Source of the DNA: Succinatimonas sp. UBA6849
GTDB taxonomy: Bacteria; Pseudomonadota; Gammaproteobacteria; Enterobacterales; Succinivibrionaceae
Direction of reading: 5' to 3'
Assembly (NCBI GenBank): GCA_002449335.1
Contig: DKDL01000101.1
Coordinates: forward strand, 7,910 to 71,909
Length of the DNA: 64,000 bases
Shown here one piece after another: positions 11,154 to 20,943 of this stretch. Every line of letters begins with the position of its first letter. The first letter of the stretch is position 1. The translations under genes and the position numbers were made by a program. The notes below the pieces were generated by a model. That model searched no databases, was not told where the DNA came from, and saw only the letters and a list, made by a program, of their open reading frames with translations.

Positions 11154-11702
11154 ATGTTTAAGTCTTTAATTATCTCTTTATTGATGCTTTTGCCTTTGAG
11201 TGTAAATGCAACACAGATGCAGTGTCATGGTCAGGCAAAACACTGGAGAGATGTAGCTTACAGCACGGGGCCAATGAGCAAATACAAGGATTTAAGAAAG
11301 TGTATTGCCTGGACTGCTTATCAGTTTAATCTTCCAGAAGAACTGATGTATGCCATGTTAGATGTCGAGCGTGGCCCTATTAACGGTACCTGTAAGACCA
11401 ACACCAATGGTACCCAGGACTGCGGTCCTGCTCAGATCAACGATGTGCGTTTAAAAGAATTAAGACAGTTTGATCTTTCAAAAAACGATATTAGAAGTAA
11501 GCCTTGCCACAATATGTGGGCTATGGGCTATCTTTTAAGACGTGAGATAGAAAAAGCTGATGGTAAGATTTGGCGTGGTGTGGGTAACTACCATTACCAC
11601 TATTCAGTAAATCCTGAAATCCATAATCGTTATATTAGAAAAGTAAAAGCGTCTTGGCGCAAGTTAAACCGTAAGATTGAGAACTATTGCTCTCAACGCT
11701 AA
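11154..11702 (+). CDS. Lytic transglycosylase (SLT; IagB/TrbN-like)
   Basis: Signal peptide; AMLDVE catalytic Glu, NTNGTQDCGPAQIN, GVGNYH motifs. Confidence 0.85.
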   Translation: MFKSLIISLLMLLPLSVNATQMQCHGQAKHWRDVAYSTGPMSKYKDLRKCIAWTAYQFNLPEELMYAMLDVERGPINGTCKTNTNGTQDCGPAQINDVRLKELRQFDLSKNDIRSKPCHNMWAMGYLLRREIEKADGKIWRGVGNYHYHYSVNPEIHNRYIRKVKASWRKLNRKIENYCSQR

Positions 11703-11756
11703 AGGTTTTATAAAGTCTTAAAAGACGTGTAAAGATTATTAGTATTGGAGCTGACC

Positions 11757-12737
11757 ATGGGAAATTTACGCAACATTCTTGTAGTTATTGAAAGAAAGCA
11801 GCTGCGTCAGCCTGCGCTTGAAAGAGGTATTGCTTTATACAATTATGCAATGGCTCATAACAAGAAGGAGAACAGACATGATGATGTAAAGATCATTGCT
11901 GTTCTGCCTGTTGCTCAGGAACCATGGAATTTAACCAGTTTTTTAGCTGTAGATAAAGCTAAGTTTGAAGAAGACTATAAGAAAAAGCAGGAACGCTGGT
12001 TAAAAGCTTACTTAGCCATTAACGCTATGGGCGTTAAGATTGAAACTAAAGTTATCTTTTCAAAAGAAGTTGGTAAAGACTTAGTTGAGATTGCCAAAGA
12101 GAATTGCTGCGATATCTTAATTAAGACTGCTGAAATTCACGGCATTTTAGATTCAGTTATCTCAACTCCATTAGACTGGCAGATGTTACGCCACTCAGCA
12201 GTTCCCGTATGTATTGCTAAAGATCATCTGTGGACTCCATCTGGTACTATTGCTGTAGCAGTAGACTTATCAGATCCTGATGATGAGATGTTAAGACTTA
12301 CCAATTTGCGTTTATTAAGAGAAGCTCAAAGACTGTCTTTGTTTACAGGTTGCAAAATCTCTTTAATTAACGCTATTACTCCTATTATTCCTCCTGTAGC
12401 GGTAGATCTTCCAGGGTATACACCTGACAGCGTGTATGACAATGCTCTAAAGGAAGGCTGCAAGAGAGCACTTTCTTTTGCTGCTCGTCATAAGATTTCA
12501 CCTAATGATTGCCACATTGGTGAAGGAAATCTTGATGATGTGATTTATGATGAGTGCAAGAAACTCAACCCAACCGCTTTATTTATCGGAACTTCAGCTC
12601 GTAAAGGTATTGCTTCAGCTTTAATCGGTAATATCTGTGAGAGAGTATCTGATAATCTAAGCTGTGATGTGGTTGTAATTACTCCGAAGGCTGTAATTAG
12701 AAACGTACCTACAGCTAATCCTTCAAAAAGCTATTAA
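11757..12737 (+). CDS. uspE: Universal stress protein E (tandem USP domains)
   Basis: RNILVVI..QPALERG, TPLDWQMLRH..VPV, ALIGN..E...CDVVVI; ATG 11757 with GGAG SD; adjacent to ttcA. Confidence 0.85.
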   Translation: MGNLRNILVVIERKQLRQPALERGIALYNYAMAHNKKENRHDDVKIIAVLPVAQEPWNLTSFLAVDKAKFEEDYKKKQERWLKAYLAINAMGVKIETKVIFSKEVGKDLVEIAKENCCDILIKTAEIHGILDSVISTPLDWQMLRHSAVPVCIAKDHLWTPSGTIAVAVDLSDPDDEMLRLTNLRLLREAQRLSLFTGCKISLINAITPIIPPVAVDLPGYTPDSVYDNALKEGCKRALSFAARHKISPNDCHIGEGNLDDVIYDECKKLNPTALFIGTSARKGIASALIGNICERVSDNLSCDVVVITPKAVIRNVPTANPSKSY

Positions 12738-12749
12738 GAAATAATAACT

Positions 12750-13622
12750 ATGCAAAACGATCAGAATCTGACAGAAAGGGCAGATGCTTACGCACGCAGG
12801 GTAAGTCCTTACTTCAATATTGAAGATAAACAGGAAAAATATAAAGCCGACAAACTCTTTAAGAGACTTCGTCGTAAAGTAGGTCATGCTATAGGTGACT
12901 ACGGCATGATTGAAGAGAATGATAAGATTTTAGTTTGTATGTCTGGCGGTAAAGACAGCTATTTTTTATTAGATGTCTTACTCTCATTAAAGAGATCTGC
13001 TCCAATTAACTTTACTATCATTCCTGTACATATTGATTCAGGTTTCCCTAATGCTCCTGAGTACATGTTAGAAGAGCACTTGAAAAAGGTAGGGTTGCCA
13101 TATTACATGATTCAAAGGCCAGTTTATGAATTGTGCAAAGAGAAAGTAGAAGAGGGTAAACCCTACTGTTCTATGTGCTCACGTCTGCGTCGTGGTTTCT
13201 TATATTCATTTGCTCGTGAAATTGGTGCTAATAAATTAGCTTTAGGTCATCATAAGGATGACTGCCTGGCTACTTTCTTTTTGAACCTGTTCTATTCAGG
13301 TACCATGAAAGCAATGCCTCCAATCTTAAGAAATGATAAGGATGATCTTACTGTAATCAGACCTTTAATTTACTGCAGAGAAAGAGACATTATTTCTATC
13401 TCAAAGATTAAAGAGTACCCAATTCTACCAAAAGGTTTATGTGGTTGGGGTGAGGATCAGCAAAGAGCTAACATGAATAAGATGATACGTTCATGGGACA
13501 AGCAATTCCCTAAGCGAGCAGATATTGTCTTTAAGGCAATTAAGAACGTTGTTCCATCTCATCTGTTAGATAAAGAACTCTTTGACTTTTCAAAGATCTC
13601 AAACGGTCCTAAGGTCAAATAA
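12750..13622 (+). CDS. ttcA: tRNA 2-thiocytidine(32) synthetase
   Basis: SGGKDS PP-loop, CSMCSRLRRG, LGHHxDD, IRPL. Confidence 0.93.
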   Translation: MQNDQNLTERADAYARRVSPYFNIEDKQEKYKADKLFKRLRRKVGHAIGDYGMIEENDKILVCMSGGKDSYFLLDVLLSLKRSAPINFTIIPVHIDSGFPNAPEYMLEEHLKKVGLPYYMIQRPVYELCKEKVEEGKPYCSMCSRLRRGFLYSFAREIGANKLALGHHKDDCLATFFLNLFYSGTMKAMPPILRNDKDDLTVIRPLIYCRERDIISISKIKEYPILPKGLCGWGEDQQRANMNKMIRSWDKQFPKRADIVFKAIKNVVPSHLLDKELFDFSKISNGPKVK

Positions 13623-13625
13623 AAC

Positions 13626-13649
13626 AAAATGGAGCCTATGGCTCCATTT
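13626..13649. terminator. Bidirectional terminator between ttcA and ZIP transporter
   Basis: AAATGGAGCC-tat-GGCTCCATTT. Confidence 0.7.
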
Positions 13650-13679
13650 CATCTAAAGTCTTTTCAAATCATGTCTGGA

Positions 13680-14417
13680 CTAATCATGTCCTGCAATCAG
13701 CAGTGATAAGATCACACCTACAAGAATAAAGAAGAACCTTAAAGATACCTTTTTCTTATTCTCACAATTTCTAAGTCTAGGCAGAAGATCGGACAGTGAT
13801 ACATAAATGAAGCTTGCTCCAGATAGAGCTAGAGCATAAGGTATCAGCTCTTTTACTGTCGATAAGATAAAGTAACCGATAATACCGCCTGACAGGCAAC
13901 CAAATAAAGCTACAGCATTGACGATAAAGGCTTTTTTAGTGCTCATGCCCAAATCCAGCATAATGGCATAGTCGCCCAACTCATGCGCAATCTCATGAGA
14001 TAAGACAGCAATGGTTACAGCAAAGCCTAAAGCAGGATTTGTAAGATACGCACTTGCGATTACCATACCATCGCAGAAGTTATGCAGACAGGAGCCAAAA
14101 AGAATGCCAAATGATCCATTAGACATTGAGTGGCTATGACCACAGCAGTCTACCTTGCCTTTATTTCCTGATAAGAAGAACATCTCAAAGAAGGTTAAAA
14201 AGAGAATGGCAAATAAAATTACCATGCCGATCTTATGAGGATCGCTCTCTTCCATAGCTTCAGGAATAATATGGGTCACAGCAAGCGTGATTAAAAAGCC
14301 CACTGCAATTAAAGACAATGGCTTTGAATAGCGCCTGATGAGTTTTGGACCGATAATGATGCATAAAAGTGCTGATATTACAGCACTTGCTATACAATAC
14401 AGAAAAACTAACAGCAT
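13680..14417 (-). CDS. ZIP family metal transporter
   Basis: HIIPEA, His-rich loop, LHNFCDG, HEIAHELGD motifs. Confidence 0.9.
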   Translation of the reverse strand: MLLVFLYCIASAVISALLCIIIGPKLIRRYSKPLSLIAVGFLITLAVTHIIPEAMEESDPHKIGMVILFAILFLTFFEMFFLSGNKGKVDCCGHSHSMSNGSFGILFGSCLHNFCDGMVIASAYLTNPALGFAVTIAVLSHEIAHELGDYAIMLDLGMSTKKAFIVNAVALFGCLSGGIIGYFILSTVKELIPYALALSGASFIYVSLSDLLPRLRNCENKKKVSLRFFFILVGVILSLLIAGHD

Positions 14418-14421
14418 TAAG

Positions 14422-15273
14422 TTATTCTCTTGATTCTAATAAAGCTTTGTAGACATCAAAGGCTTCTTTAGTTTCTTTAACATCGTGTACTCTAACCATC
14501 TGAGCGCCACGTTCAATACTTAAAAGAGCACCAGCAACAGAGCCTACAATTCTTTCATCAGCTTTTTCAATGTTGCAGGCTGCTTTAATCATAGACTTGC
14601 GAGATAAAGCTGACAGTACAGGGTAGCCTAAATCTACAAAGTGCTGCATATGATCTAAAAGCTGATAATTGTGTTTTGCTGATTTTCCAAAACCAAAGCC
14701 TAAATCAAGGATGATGTTCTCTTTCTTAATACCGGCTTTGATTGCATCATCAACTCTGTCTAAAAGGAACTTCTCGACCTCTTTTACAACGTCCTCATAA
14801 TGAGGATCTACCTGCATGGTCTTAGGATCGCCCTGCATGTGCATTAAGATCACAGGACACTGTAATTTAGCAGCCATCTCTAAGGCGCCGTCTAATCTTA
14901 GAGCTCTGATATCATTCCAGATATGAGCACCTGCTTTTACAGCCTCTTCCATAACTTTTGGCTGGGAAGTGTCAATAGAAATCATGACATCAAGTTCTTT
15001 TGCGATCTTTTCAACAGCAGGAATTACTCTTAATAATTCTTCATCTAAAGGTACTGGGGTAGCACCAGGTCTTGTGGACTCACCACCAATGTCAATAATG
15101 GTAGCGCCTTCTTTTACCATTTGCTCAGCATGAGCTAGAGCTCTATCAAGAGTGTTCCATCTGCCACCATCTGAGAATGAGTCAGGGGTGACATTTAAAA
15201 TACCCATGATTTTTGGAGTATCTAAGTTTAAAGTTCTATTGTTAAATGAGATTTGCATTTTTTTTGTCTCCAA
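14422..15273 (-). CDS. folP: Dihydropteroate synthase
   Basis: IMGILNVTPDSFSDGG, DIGGESTRPGA, SRKS, VRVHDV. Confidence 0.97.
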   Translation of the reverse strand: METKKMQISFNNRTLNLDTPKIMGILNVTPDSFSDGGRWNTLDRALAHAEQMVKEGATIIDIGGESTRPGATPVPLDEELLRVIPAVEKIAKELDVMISIDTSQPKVMEEAVKAGAHIWNDIRALRLDGALEMAAKLQCPVILMHMQGDPKTMQVDPHYEDVVKEVEKFLLDRVDDAIKAGIKKENIILDLGFGFGKSAKHNYQLLDHMQHFVDLGYPVLSALSRKSMIKAACNIEKADERIVGSVAGALLSIERGAQMVRVHDVKETKEAFDVYKALLESRE

Positions 15274-15378
15274 AATCAGAATATTAGTTCAAAAAAGTAG
15301 TTTTTGGATTATAGCATTGAATGTGATGTTAATCACAATGAAAGGTAAATATAAATCGCTTTAAAAAAGCAATCTCAC

Positions 15379-16047
15379 TTATTTGAAAAGTGAAGCTAAA
15401 TCATTCTGAACTTGCTCACGTTCAGTTGAGTTTTGTTTTGTATCAGTTTGAGAATTATTCAGTACAGAGTTATTTGTATTTACAGTTGCATCATTCTGTA
15501 CTGCAGTGTTTTTTGCTTGAGTTGTTTTCTTTACATTAGTAACTCTCAGCCTTAAAAGACGTTGTGCAAAGGCTCTTTCCCAAGCTACCTGATTTCTGCT
15601 CTCATGCTTTGAAGCCCAATAAGAGGTAAAGGCTTTTAATTCAGCTTCGGTAAAGGTACTTTCAGCTAGTCCGCACAGCACACAAGCTTCATGGAATGTA
15701 GCTGTAGGTCTCCATGAACTGGTCATATAAAAAGGCTTTGAAGGTAATTCTTCGACTTCTTTTATAAACAGGGGCAGTACAAAGGTGTTGCCTTGCCAGG
15801 GAGCGTCAGGATCTGTCTTTTTAATAAGTCCTGTTTTTTCTAATTCGTCTAATACCAGACATGCCACGTCAAAATTAGGAGTGGTCGGAAAATAACTGCT
15901 GTCTGATGACAGGTATGAAGCAATAGAAGATAAGTCAGTAATGCACTGGCTCTGCTCTGCTTTAGGTCTTAAATAAAGCATGTACAGTGATCTTGCAATA
16001 TGACTTAAGTGACTTTGATTCAGGTATTGAATTTCTAATGCGTTCAT
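15379..16047 (-). CDS. DnaT-like ssDNA-binding domain protein
   Basis: F.MT..WRP...F...LxxFxSYW......Q.AWE..F pattern typical of the DnaT domain; low-complexity tail. Confidence 0.7.
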   Translation of the reverse strand: MNALEIQYLNQSHLSHIARSLYMLYLRPKAEQSQCITDLSSIASYLSSDSSYFPTTPNFDVACLVLDELEKTGLIKKTDPDAPWQGNTFVLPLFIKEVEELPSKPFYMTSSWRPTATFHEACVLCGLAESTFTEAELKAFTSYWASKHESRNQVAWERAFAQRLLRLRVTNVKKTTQAKNTAVQNDATVNTNNSVLNNSQTDTKQNSTEREQVQNDLASLFK

Positions 16048-16313
16048 ACAAAAAATTTTACCATAAGTTCCTAAATTCTGATTCTGTTTTTAGCAATATA
16101 AACAGCCAAGAATTAACTTTATTTTATTGGTTAATAATTACGATTAATGTTCATTAAAATTACAAATTAATATTTTTATTAATAAAATTATCTTAATCTA
16201 ACAATTTGAAAAATATCAATTATTTTTAAAATTGATTTTTAGTTTTTTTAATTCATAAAATTCTATGTTAAGATTGCTTTACAAAGGCTTTGAACACATA
16301 AATAAGGTATGCC

Positions 16314-18287
16314 ATGAAACAGCCTATTAAAATTAGAAAAATTAAAAAGACTGAAGTCATTACATTAGCTACAGCATGCAAAATGTTAGGAATATCTGAG
16401 GCTACAGGTAAAAACTGGCTCAGACTGGGAAAACTTAATGCTAAAGATTCAGAAACAGGCAAGCTCATCTATAAGCATGAGGTTGAAAAGCTCTTATTGT
16501 CTTTAAAGAAAGATGACAGTAACGTTTTAAAATCAAGACGTAACAAGACAGCTTTAAAAGGTCGTGAGCTTTACGTAAATTATGTTTCAAGAGAATCTCC
16601 AAATCATGCTGCAGTTGCTTTATTAGTAAGCGGTTTTACTGGGTCAACCACAGCTATTACAGCCTTACTGTGTGAATCATTCTTACAGCTTTTAGTAGAT
16701 GCTAAGAGAATTAAAGCTAACTGTAACAAGCAATTCTTTAAAGCATACCTTGAAGGATCATTAGATGCTGATATCTATGACTGGCTGTTACTTGAGCTGA
16801 TGGATAAAACTTCAAGAAACACTCTGTTATCTGCTTCAAAGAAACTTCCGTACTTTACCTTACACTTTGTCCCATTTGAAGATACCTTAGGTCTTATCTA
16901 TTTATCTTTAATGGAATTATCTAAAAGAAGACAGTCAGGTCGCTATTACACACCACAGTCTTTAACTGATACGGCCGTTGAAACCTTACAGGTAGCAAGG
17001 GGACGTGTGTTCTTAGATCCTTGCTGTGGTTCTGGTAACTTCTTACTGCGTTTATTAAGGCGTGGCGCTAGAGTTGAGGATTTGTACGGCTGTGATTTAG
17101 ATGGCTTTTCAGTTACTCTTGCAAGAATTAACTTTGTCTTATCAGGCAACTGCTCTGATAAAGATACCTTACAGGAGCATTTATTAAAGTGCGATACCAT
17201 CACCTGCAGAAGTCTGCCTCAGATTGATGTAGTTTTGGGAAATCCGCCATGGGGATCCTGCGATGATGAGAAAGTTGTTTCTCGCTATGCCAGAACTTTA
17301 ATTTGCGCAGAGAAAAAGCGACCTTGTTTTGCCGATCTTTTCGTTGAGAGATCATTAAATTTATTAAAAGATGGTGGTATCGTTCAGTTCGTTCTGCCTG
17401 AGGCTTTATTAAATGTTGCCTCACATGAGACTATCAGATCATTTATCACTGAGCATGCTCGTGTACGTTCTGTGCGTTATTTAGGCGAGGTATTTCATGC
17501 AGTTCAGTGCCCAAGTGTAATTTTAACTTTAGAGAAAACCTCATTTAGCAATGCTTCAGGCGATGTGATTGTAAATGTAGGTGACTCAAATTACATTGTG
17601 CGTCGTCAAAGAAAAGGCTCTGATTTTAATTTCAAGGTTACAGATCAGGAAGCTTTAGTTTTAGATAAGATGGATGATCTTGAGCACTGTGTAAAGCTAA
17701 AAGGTCATGCTAAATTTGCTTTAGGTATTGTTACAGGCTCAAACAATAATTCAATCTTTAAAGAGAAAATTGATGGATCTGAACCTGTTTTAAGAGGTCT
17801 TGATATTGAGCCTTTTAAAATTAACTCACCAGACAGCTTTATCAAGTATGAAGAAGGTGCTTTCCAGCAAGTAGCTCCAATGGAGCTTTACAGAGCCAAA
17901 GAGAAACTTGTTTACAGATTTATTGCAAAGTATCCAATTGTTGCTGTTGATACACATGGAATGCTTACTCTAAACAGCTGTAATCTGCTCGTTCCTGAAT
18001 TTAAAGATCTGTCAGCTACTTATTTAGCTGCAGTTTTAAATTCAAGTGCAGTCCGTTTTTACTTTGAAAAGAAGTTCCATACAATTAAAATCTTACGCTC
18101 CTTACTAGAAGAAGTACCCGTACCTGTAGCTTCAAAAGAAGATCAGATGTACATTGAGTTTTTAGTAGAAGAGCTAAAAGAAGCCGATGAGGCAACTTCA
18201 AAAGAGATCATTAAAAAGATTGATAGAAAGATTGCTGAAATCTATGGCTTGGGAAAACGAGCTTTAAAACTTATCAGTCAAGTTTAA
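16314..18287 (+). CDS. Orphan N6-adenine DNA methyltransferase (gamma/TaqI-like) with N-terminal HTH
   Basis: GRYYTP (X), FLDPCCGSGNF (I), GNPPW (IV), TaqI_C-like EKLVYRFI...LNS..VRFYF; N-terminal ACKMLGISEATGKNWLRLGKL helix-turn-helix. Confidence 0.85.
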   Translation: MKQPIKIRKIKKTEVITLATACKMLGISEATGKNWLRLGKLNAKDSETGKLIYKHEVEKLLLSLKKDDSNVLKSRRNKTALKGRELYVNYVSRESPNHAAVALLVSGFTGSTTAITALLCESFLQLLVDAKRIKANCNKQFFKAYLEGSLDADIYDWLLLELMDKTSRNTLLSASKKLPYFTLHFVPFEDTLGLIYLSLMELSKRRQSGRYYTPQSLTDTAVETLQVARGRVFLDPCCGSGNFLLRLLRRGARVEDLYGCDLDGFSVTLARINFVLSGNCSDKDTLQEHLLKCDTITCRSLPQIDVVLGNPPWGSCDDEKVVSRYARTLICAEKKRPCFADLFVERSLNLLKDGGIVQFVLPEALLNVASHETIRSFITEHARVRSVRYLGEVFHAVQCPSVILTLEKTSFSNASGDVIVNVGDSNYIVRRQRKGSDFNFKVTDQEALVLDKMDDLEHCVKLKGHAKFALGIVTGSNNNSIFKEKIDGSEPVLRGLDIEPFKINSPDSFIKYEEGAFQQVAPMELYRAKEKLVYRFIAKYPIVAVDTHGMLTLNSCNLLVPEFKDLSATYLAAVLNSSAVRFYFEKKFHTIKILRSLLEEVPVPVASKEDQMYIEFLVEELKEADEATSKEIIKKIDRKIAEIYGLGKRALKLISQV

Positions 18288-18343
18288 TTGCAAAACACGG
18301 CGATTTAATTTAGAATTTTGAAAAATTTTTAGGAGATCTGAAC

Positions 18344-18664
18344 ATGTTTAACATGGGTAATATGATGAAGCAGGCTCAAATGATGCAAGAGCGTCTGCAA
18401 AAAGCACAGGAAGAAATCGCTAACTTAGAAGTAGTTGGTGAGTCAGGTGCAGGTATGGTAAAGGTAACCATGACTGGTTCTCATGAAGTTCGCCGTGTTG
18501 AAATTGATGACTCAATTTTCAAAGATGATAAAGAGATCTGTGAAGATCTTTTAGCAGCTGCTTACAACGACGCTCATCGTCGTATTGAAGAGCAGTCAAA
18601 AGAGAAGATGGCTGCTGTAACCGGCGGTATGCAGGTACCTCCAGGCTTAAAGCTACCATTCTAA
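18344..18664 (+). CDS. ybaB: Nucleoid-associated protein YbaB/EbfC
   Basis: [30 protein letters not shown]; upstream of recR. Confidence 0.96.
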   Translation: MFNMGNMMKQAQMMQERLQKAQEEIANLEVVGESGAGMVKVTMTGSHEVRRVEIDDSIFKDDKEICEDLLAAAYNDAHRRIEEQSKEKMAAVTGGMQVPPGLKLPF

Positions 18665-18666
18665 TC

Positions 18667-19272
18667 ATGTCATCTAGTGCTCTGCTTGATAGTCTAATTG
18701 AGTCTTTACAGGTCATGCCAGGTGTAGGACCTGTAAGTGCTACTAGAATTGCCTATTACCTTTTAGACAGAAAGCGTCAGGAAGGTCTGAATATGGCACA
18801 AGTAATCGAGCAGAGTCTTAAGAACATTTCTTTATGTCCTCATTGCAGGAACTATACAGATCAGGAAAACGAGCCCTGTGAACTTTGTAAATCAGACAAG
18901 CGCAGAAGTTCTGGCAGTATCTGTGTAGTAGAAACTCCTACAGATGTTTCTGCAATCGAATCAAGTTCATCCTATTCAGGAAATTATTTCGTACTTCATG
19001 GACACTTAAGTCCATTAGATGGTATTGGTCCTAAAGAATTAGGTCTTGATGTTTTACGTTCTCGATTAGAGTCAGAAGATGTCAAAGAGTTAATTCTTGC
19101 ACTAAGCCAGACTGTAGAAGGTGATGTAACAGCATCCTATATTGCAAGTATGGCTAAGAAGTATGGAATTACAGTTTCAAGAATTGCAACAGGTGTGCCT
19201 TTAGGCGGAGACTTAGGCTCAGTTGACGGTAATACTCTTGCTATGTCATTTAACTACAGAAGAAATATGTAG
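18667..19272 (+). CDS. recR: Recombination protein RecR
   Basis: MPGVGPVSA HhH, C4 zinc finger, ICVVE Toprim, LSPLDGIGP, RIATGVP. Confidence 0.97.
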   Translation: MSSSALLDSLIESLQVMPGVGPVSATRIAYYLLDRKRQEGLNMAQVIEQSLKNISLCPHCRNYTDQENEPCELCKSDKRRSSGSICVVETPTDVSAIESSSSYSGNYFVLHGHLSPLDGIGPKELGLDVLRSRLESEDVKELILALSQTVEGDVTASYIASMAKKYGITVSRIATGVPLGGDLGSVDGNTLAMSFNYRRNM

Positions 19273-19375
19273 TTTTGATTTTTTTCTTGTTTTTTGAAGT
19301 ATATTTCTATTCTTTTTGCCATAAAGTAGCTAGTATTTACCTATCTTTTGATAGCTATTTTCATTTGGTGAAAAA

Positions 19376-20203
19376 ATGTTACTTTTTTTTATAATTTTGA
19401 TTGCGTTCTTTGTCGTATGCAGTGCTCTAAATGATAGTGAAAACGAGCAAAAATCTAGAAGTTCCTCTAAAGCATCATCTTCATCAAAAACAACCATATC
19501 GTATTCTTCCTCAAAATCTCCATCGTCATCGTCGTCTTATTATTCAAGAACATCTAGTCCAAGTGTTAATAATGATTTTAAGCCTATAACTCATAATAGT
19601 AATTTGCATTCAGGAGAATCTGAGATTGCTCGTGCGAACAGTGATGTATTATTGCATGTTTTAAATCCTTATATACAAGCACATTCATCTCCGATAGTTG
19701 AGTATCTACAAGATCATGGAATTACTTGTTTATACCATTTCACTGAAGAATCAAATTTAGAAAGTATAAGAAGATACGGCTTGATATCAAGAAATGAAAT
19801 AAATTCAAGAAACATAAATGTTGTCTGTGGCGGTGATGACTTGTCTAGAAGATTGGACGATAGAGCTAATCTTAGTGGTTATGTTAGACTTAGTTTTTGT
19901 AGTGATTTGCCTATGAGATATAAGTTGATTATGAATGGAAGACGATTAGTTCTTTTAAAAATAAATTTGAATGTAATAAAAAACGATACCATCATAACTG
20001 ATATAAACGCAACAGATAACAACTGTAGAAGAGGTGAGGGGCTTGAAGGATTAAAAATGTTGGACTTTGATTCGTTCAAGTTGGAATTAAGAGAAACTCA
20101 TAGAGGAACTCATGAGTATAAAGCAAGGCAAGCTGAAGTATTGTTACACTCTATAAGAGTAGATGATATTTTAAATCTAGACGATCCAATACAATTATAC
20201 TGA
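19376..20203 (+). CDS. darT: DarT-family (DUF4433) DNA ADP-ribosyltransferase with N-terminal hydrophobic segment and Ser-rich linker
   Basis: LYHFT..SNLESI..YGL.SR, YVRLSF, catalytic QAEVL; followed by a NADAR gene. Confidence 0.8.
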   Translation: MLLFFIILIAFFVVCSALNDSENEQKSRSSSKASSSSKTTISYSSSKSPSSSSSYYSRTSSPSVNNDFKPITHNSNLHSGESEIARANSDVLLHVLNPYIQAHSSPIVEYLQDHGITCLYHFTEESNLESIRRYGLISRNEINSRNINVVCGGDDLSRRLDDRANLSGYVRLSFCSDLPMRYKLIMNGRRLVLLKINLNVIKNDTIITDINATDNNCRRGEGLEGLKMLDFDSFKLELRETHRGTHEYKARQAEVLLHSIRVDDILNLDDPIQLY

Positions 20204-20262
20204 TGAACATTTCTTTATCAGACGTCTAATTTTGAAGTTTTAAGTTTTAGTGGTGATTATTT

Positions 20263-20943
20263 ATGGCAAACAGACCATATTTTTCAATATGTGAAGATGG
20301 AAATTCATTTTATAAAGAAAAAAGTGTCGATTTTGAATACTTCTCTGGTTTTTCAATTGTACAAAAACATAAATCAATTAGCTCTCTTCATGAATCAATT
20401 TTAAAAGTGAAGCCAAACGCCAAAATACTTGAGGTATCAAGAAAATCTGAAAATCCTTTAGGTAATAGCTTAAGTGCTTTTAATCTTCTATATGAATTTG
20501 ATGACGGAAGGAAAGTCCCATTAGAAAATGTATTTCAGTCATCAAAAGTTTTTAGAAATGGCGGTCCATATTTAGAGCTTCTAAATGTAACTCCAGTTGA
20601 AGCTAAAAGATATGAAAAGCTTAAGACTTCGGGCGAGCTTACGAAGTTTGTTCTAAATGGAGAGGAATGGCCGTTAGAGCCAAAGACTATGTTTTATGAT
20701 TATATATACATAAAATCTTTGCTATCTAATAAGAATTTGTGCGAGCAGTTGTTAAATTTTGATACTTTTACAGATATTGAATTTAATCCAAAAAAGTCAT
20801 TTAATTGCCAAGCTCGTTCTGTTGCTATCTGTGTCTCTCTTTTAAAATCAAGGAGAATTCATGATTATCTACAAGACAAAGATCTATTTAAAGAAATATA
20901 TAAAGATCAAAAGGTAGAACCAATCCAAACTAGCTTATTTTAA
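20263..20943 (+). CDS. DarT1-associated NADAR antitoxin (DarG1-like)
   Basis: MANRPYF, GFS..QK.KSI..LH, LEVS.KS...LG..LSAFNL, ENVFQSSKVF..GGPY, FTDIEFNPKKSFNCQARS. Confidence 0.85.
   Translation: MANRPYFSICEDGNSFYKEKSVDFEYFSGFSIVQKHKSISSLHESILKVKPNAKILEVSRKSENPLGNSLSAFNLLYEFDDGRKVPLENVFQSSKVFRNGGPYLELLNVTPVEAKRYEKLKTSGELTKFVLNGEEWPLEPKTMFYDYIYIKSLLSNKNLCEQLLNFDTFTDIEFNPKKSFNCQARSVAICVSLLKSRRIHDYLQDKDLFKEIYKDQKVEPIQTSLF

Noticed and set aside
16048..16313. Very AT-rich spacer as a replication origin
   Set aside because: No DnaA boxes (TTATCCACA) or GATC clustering; fits a divergent promoter region
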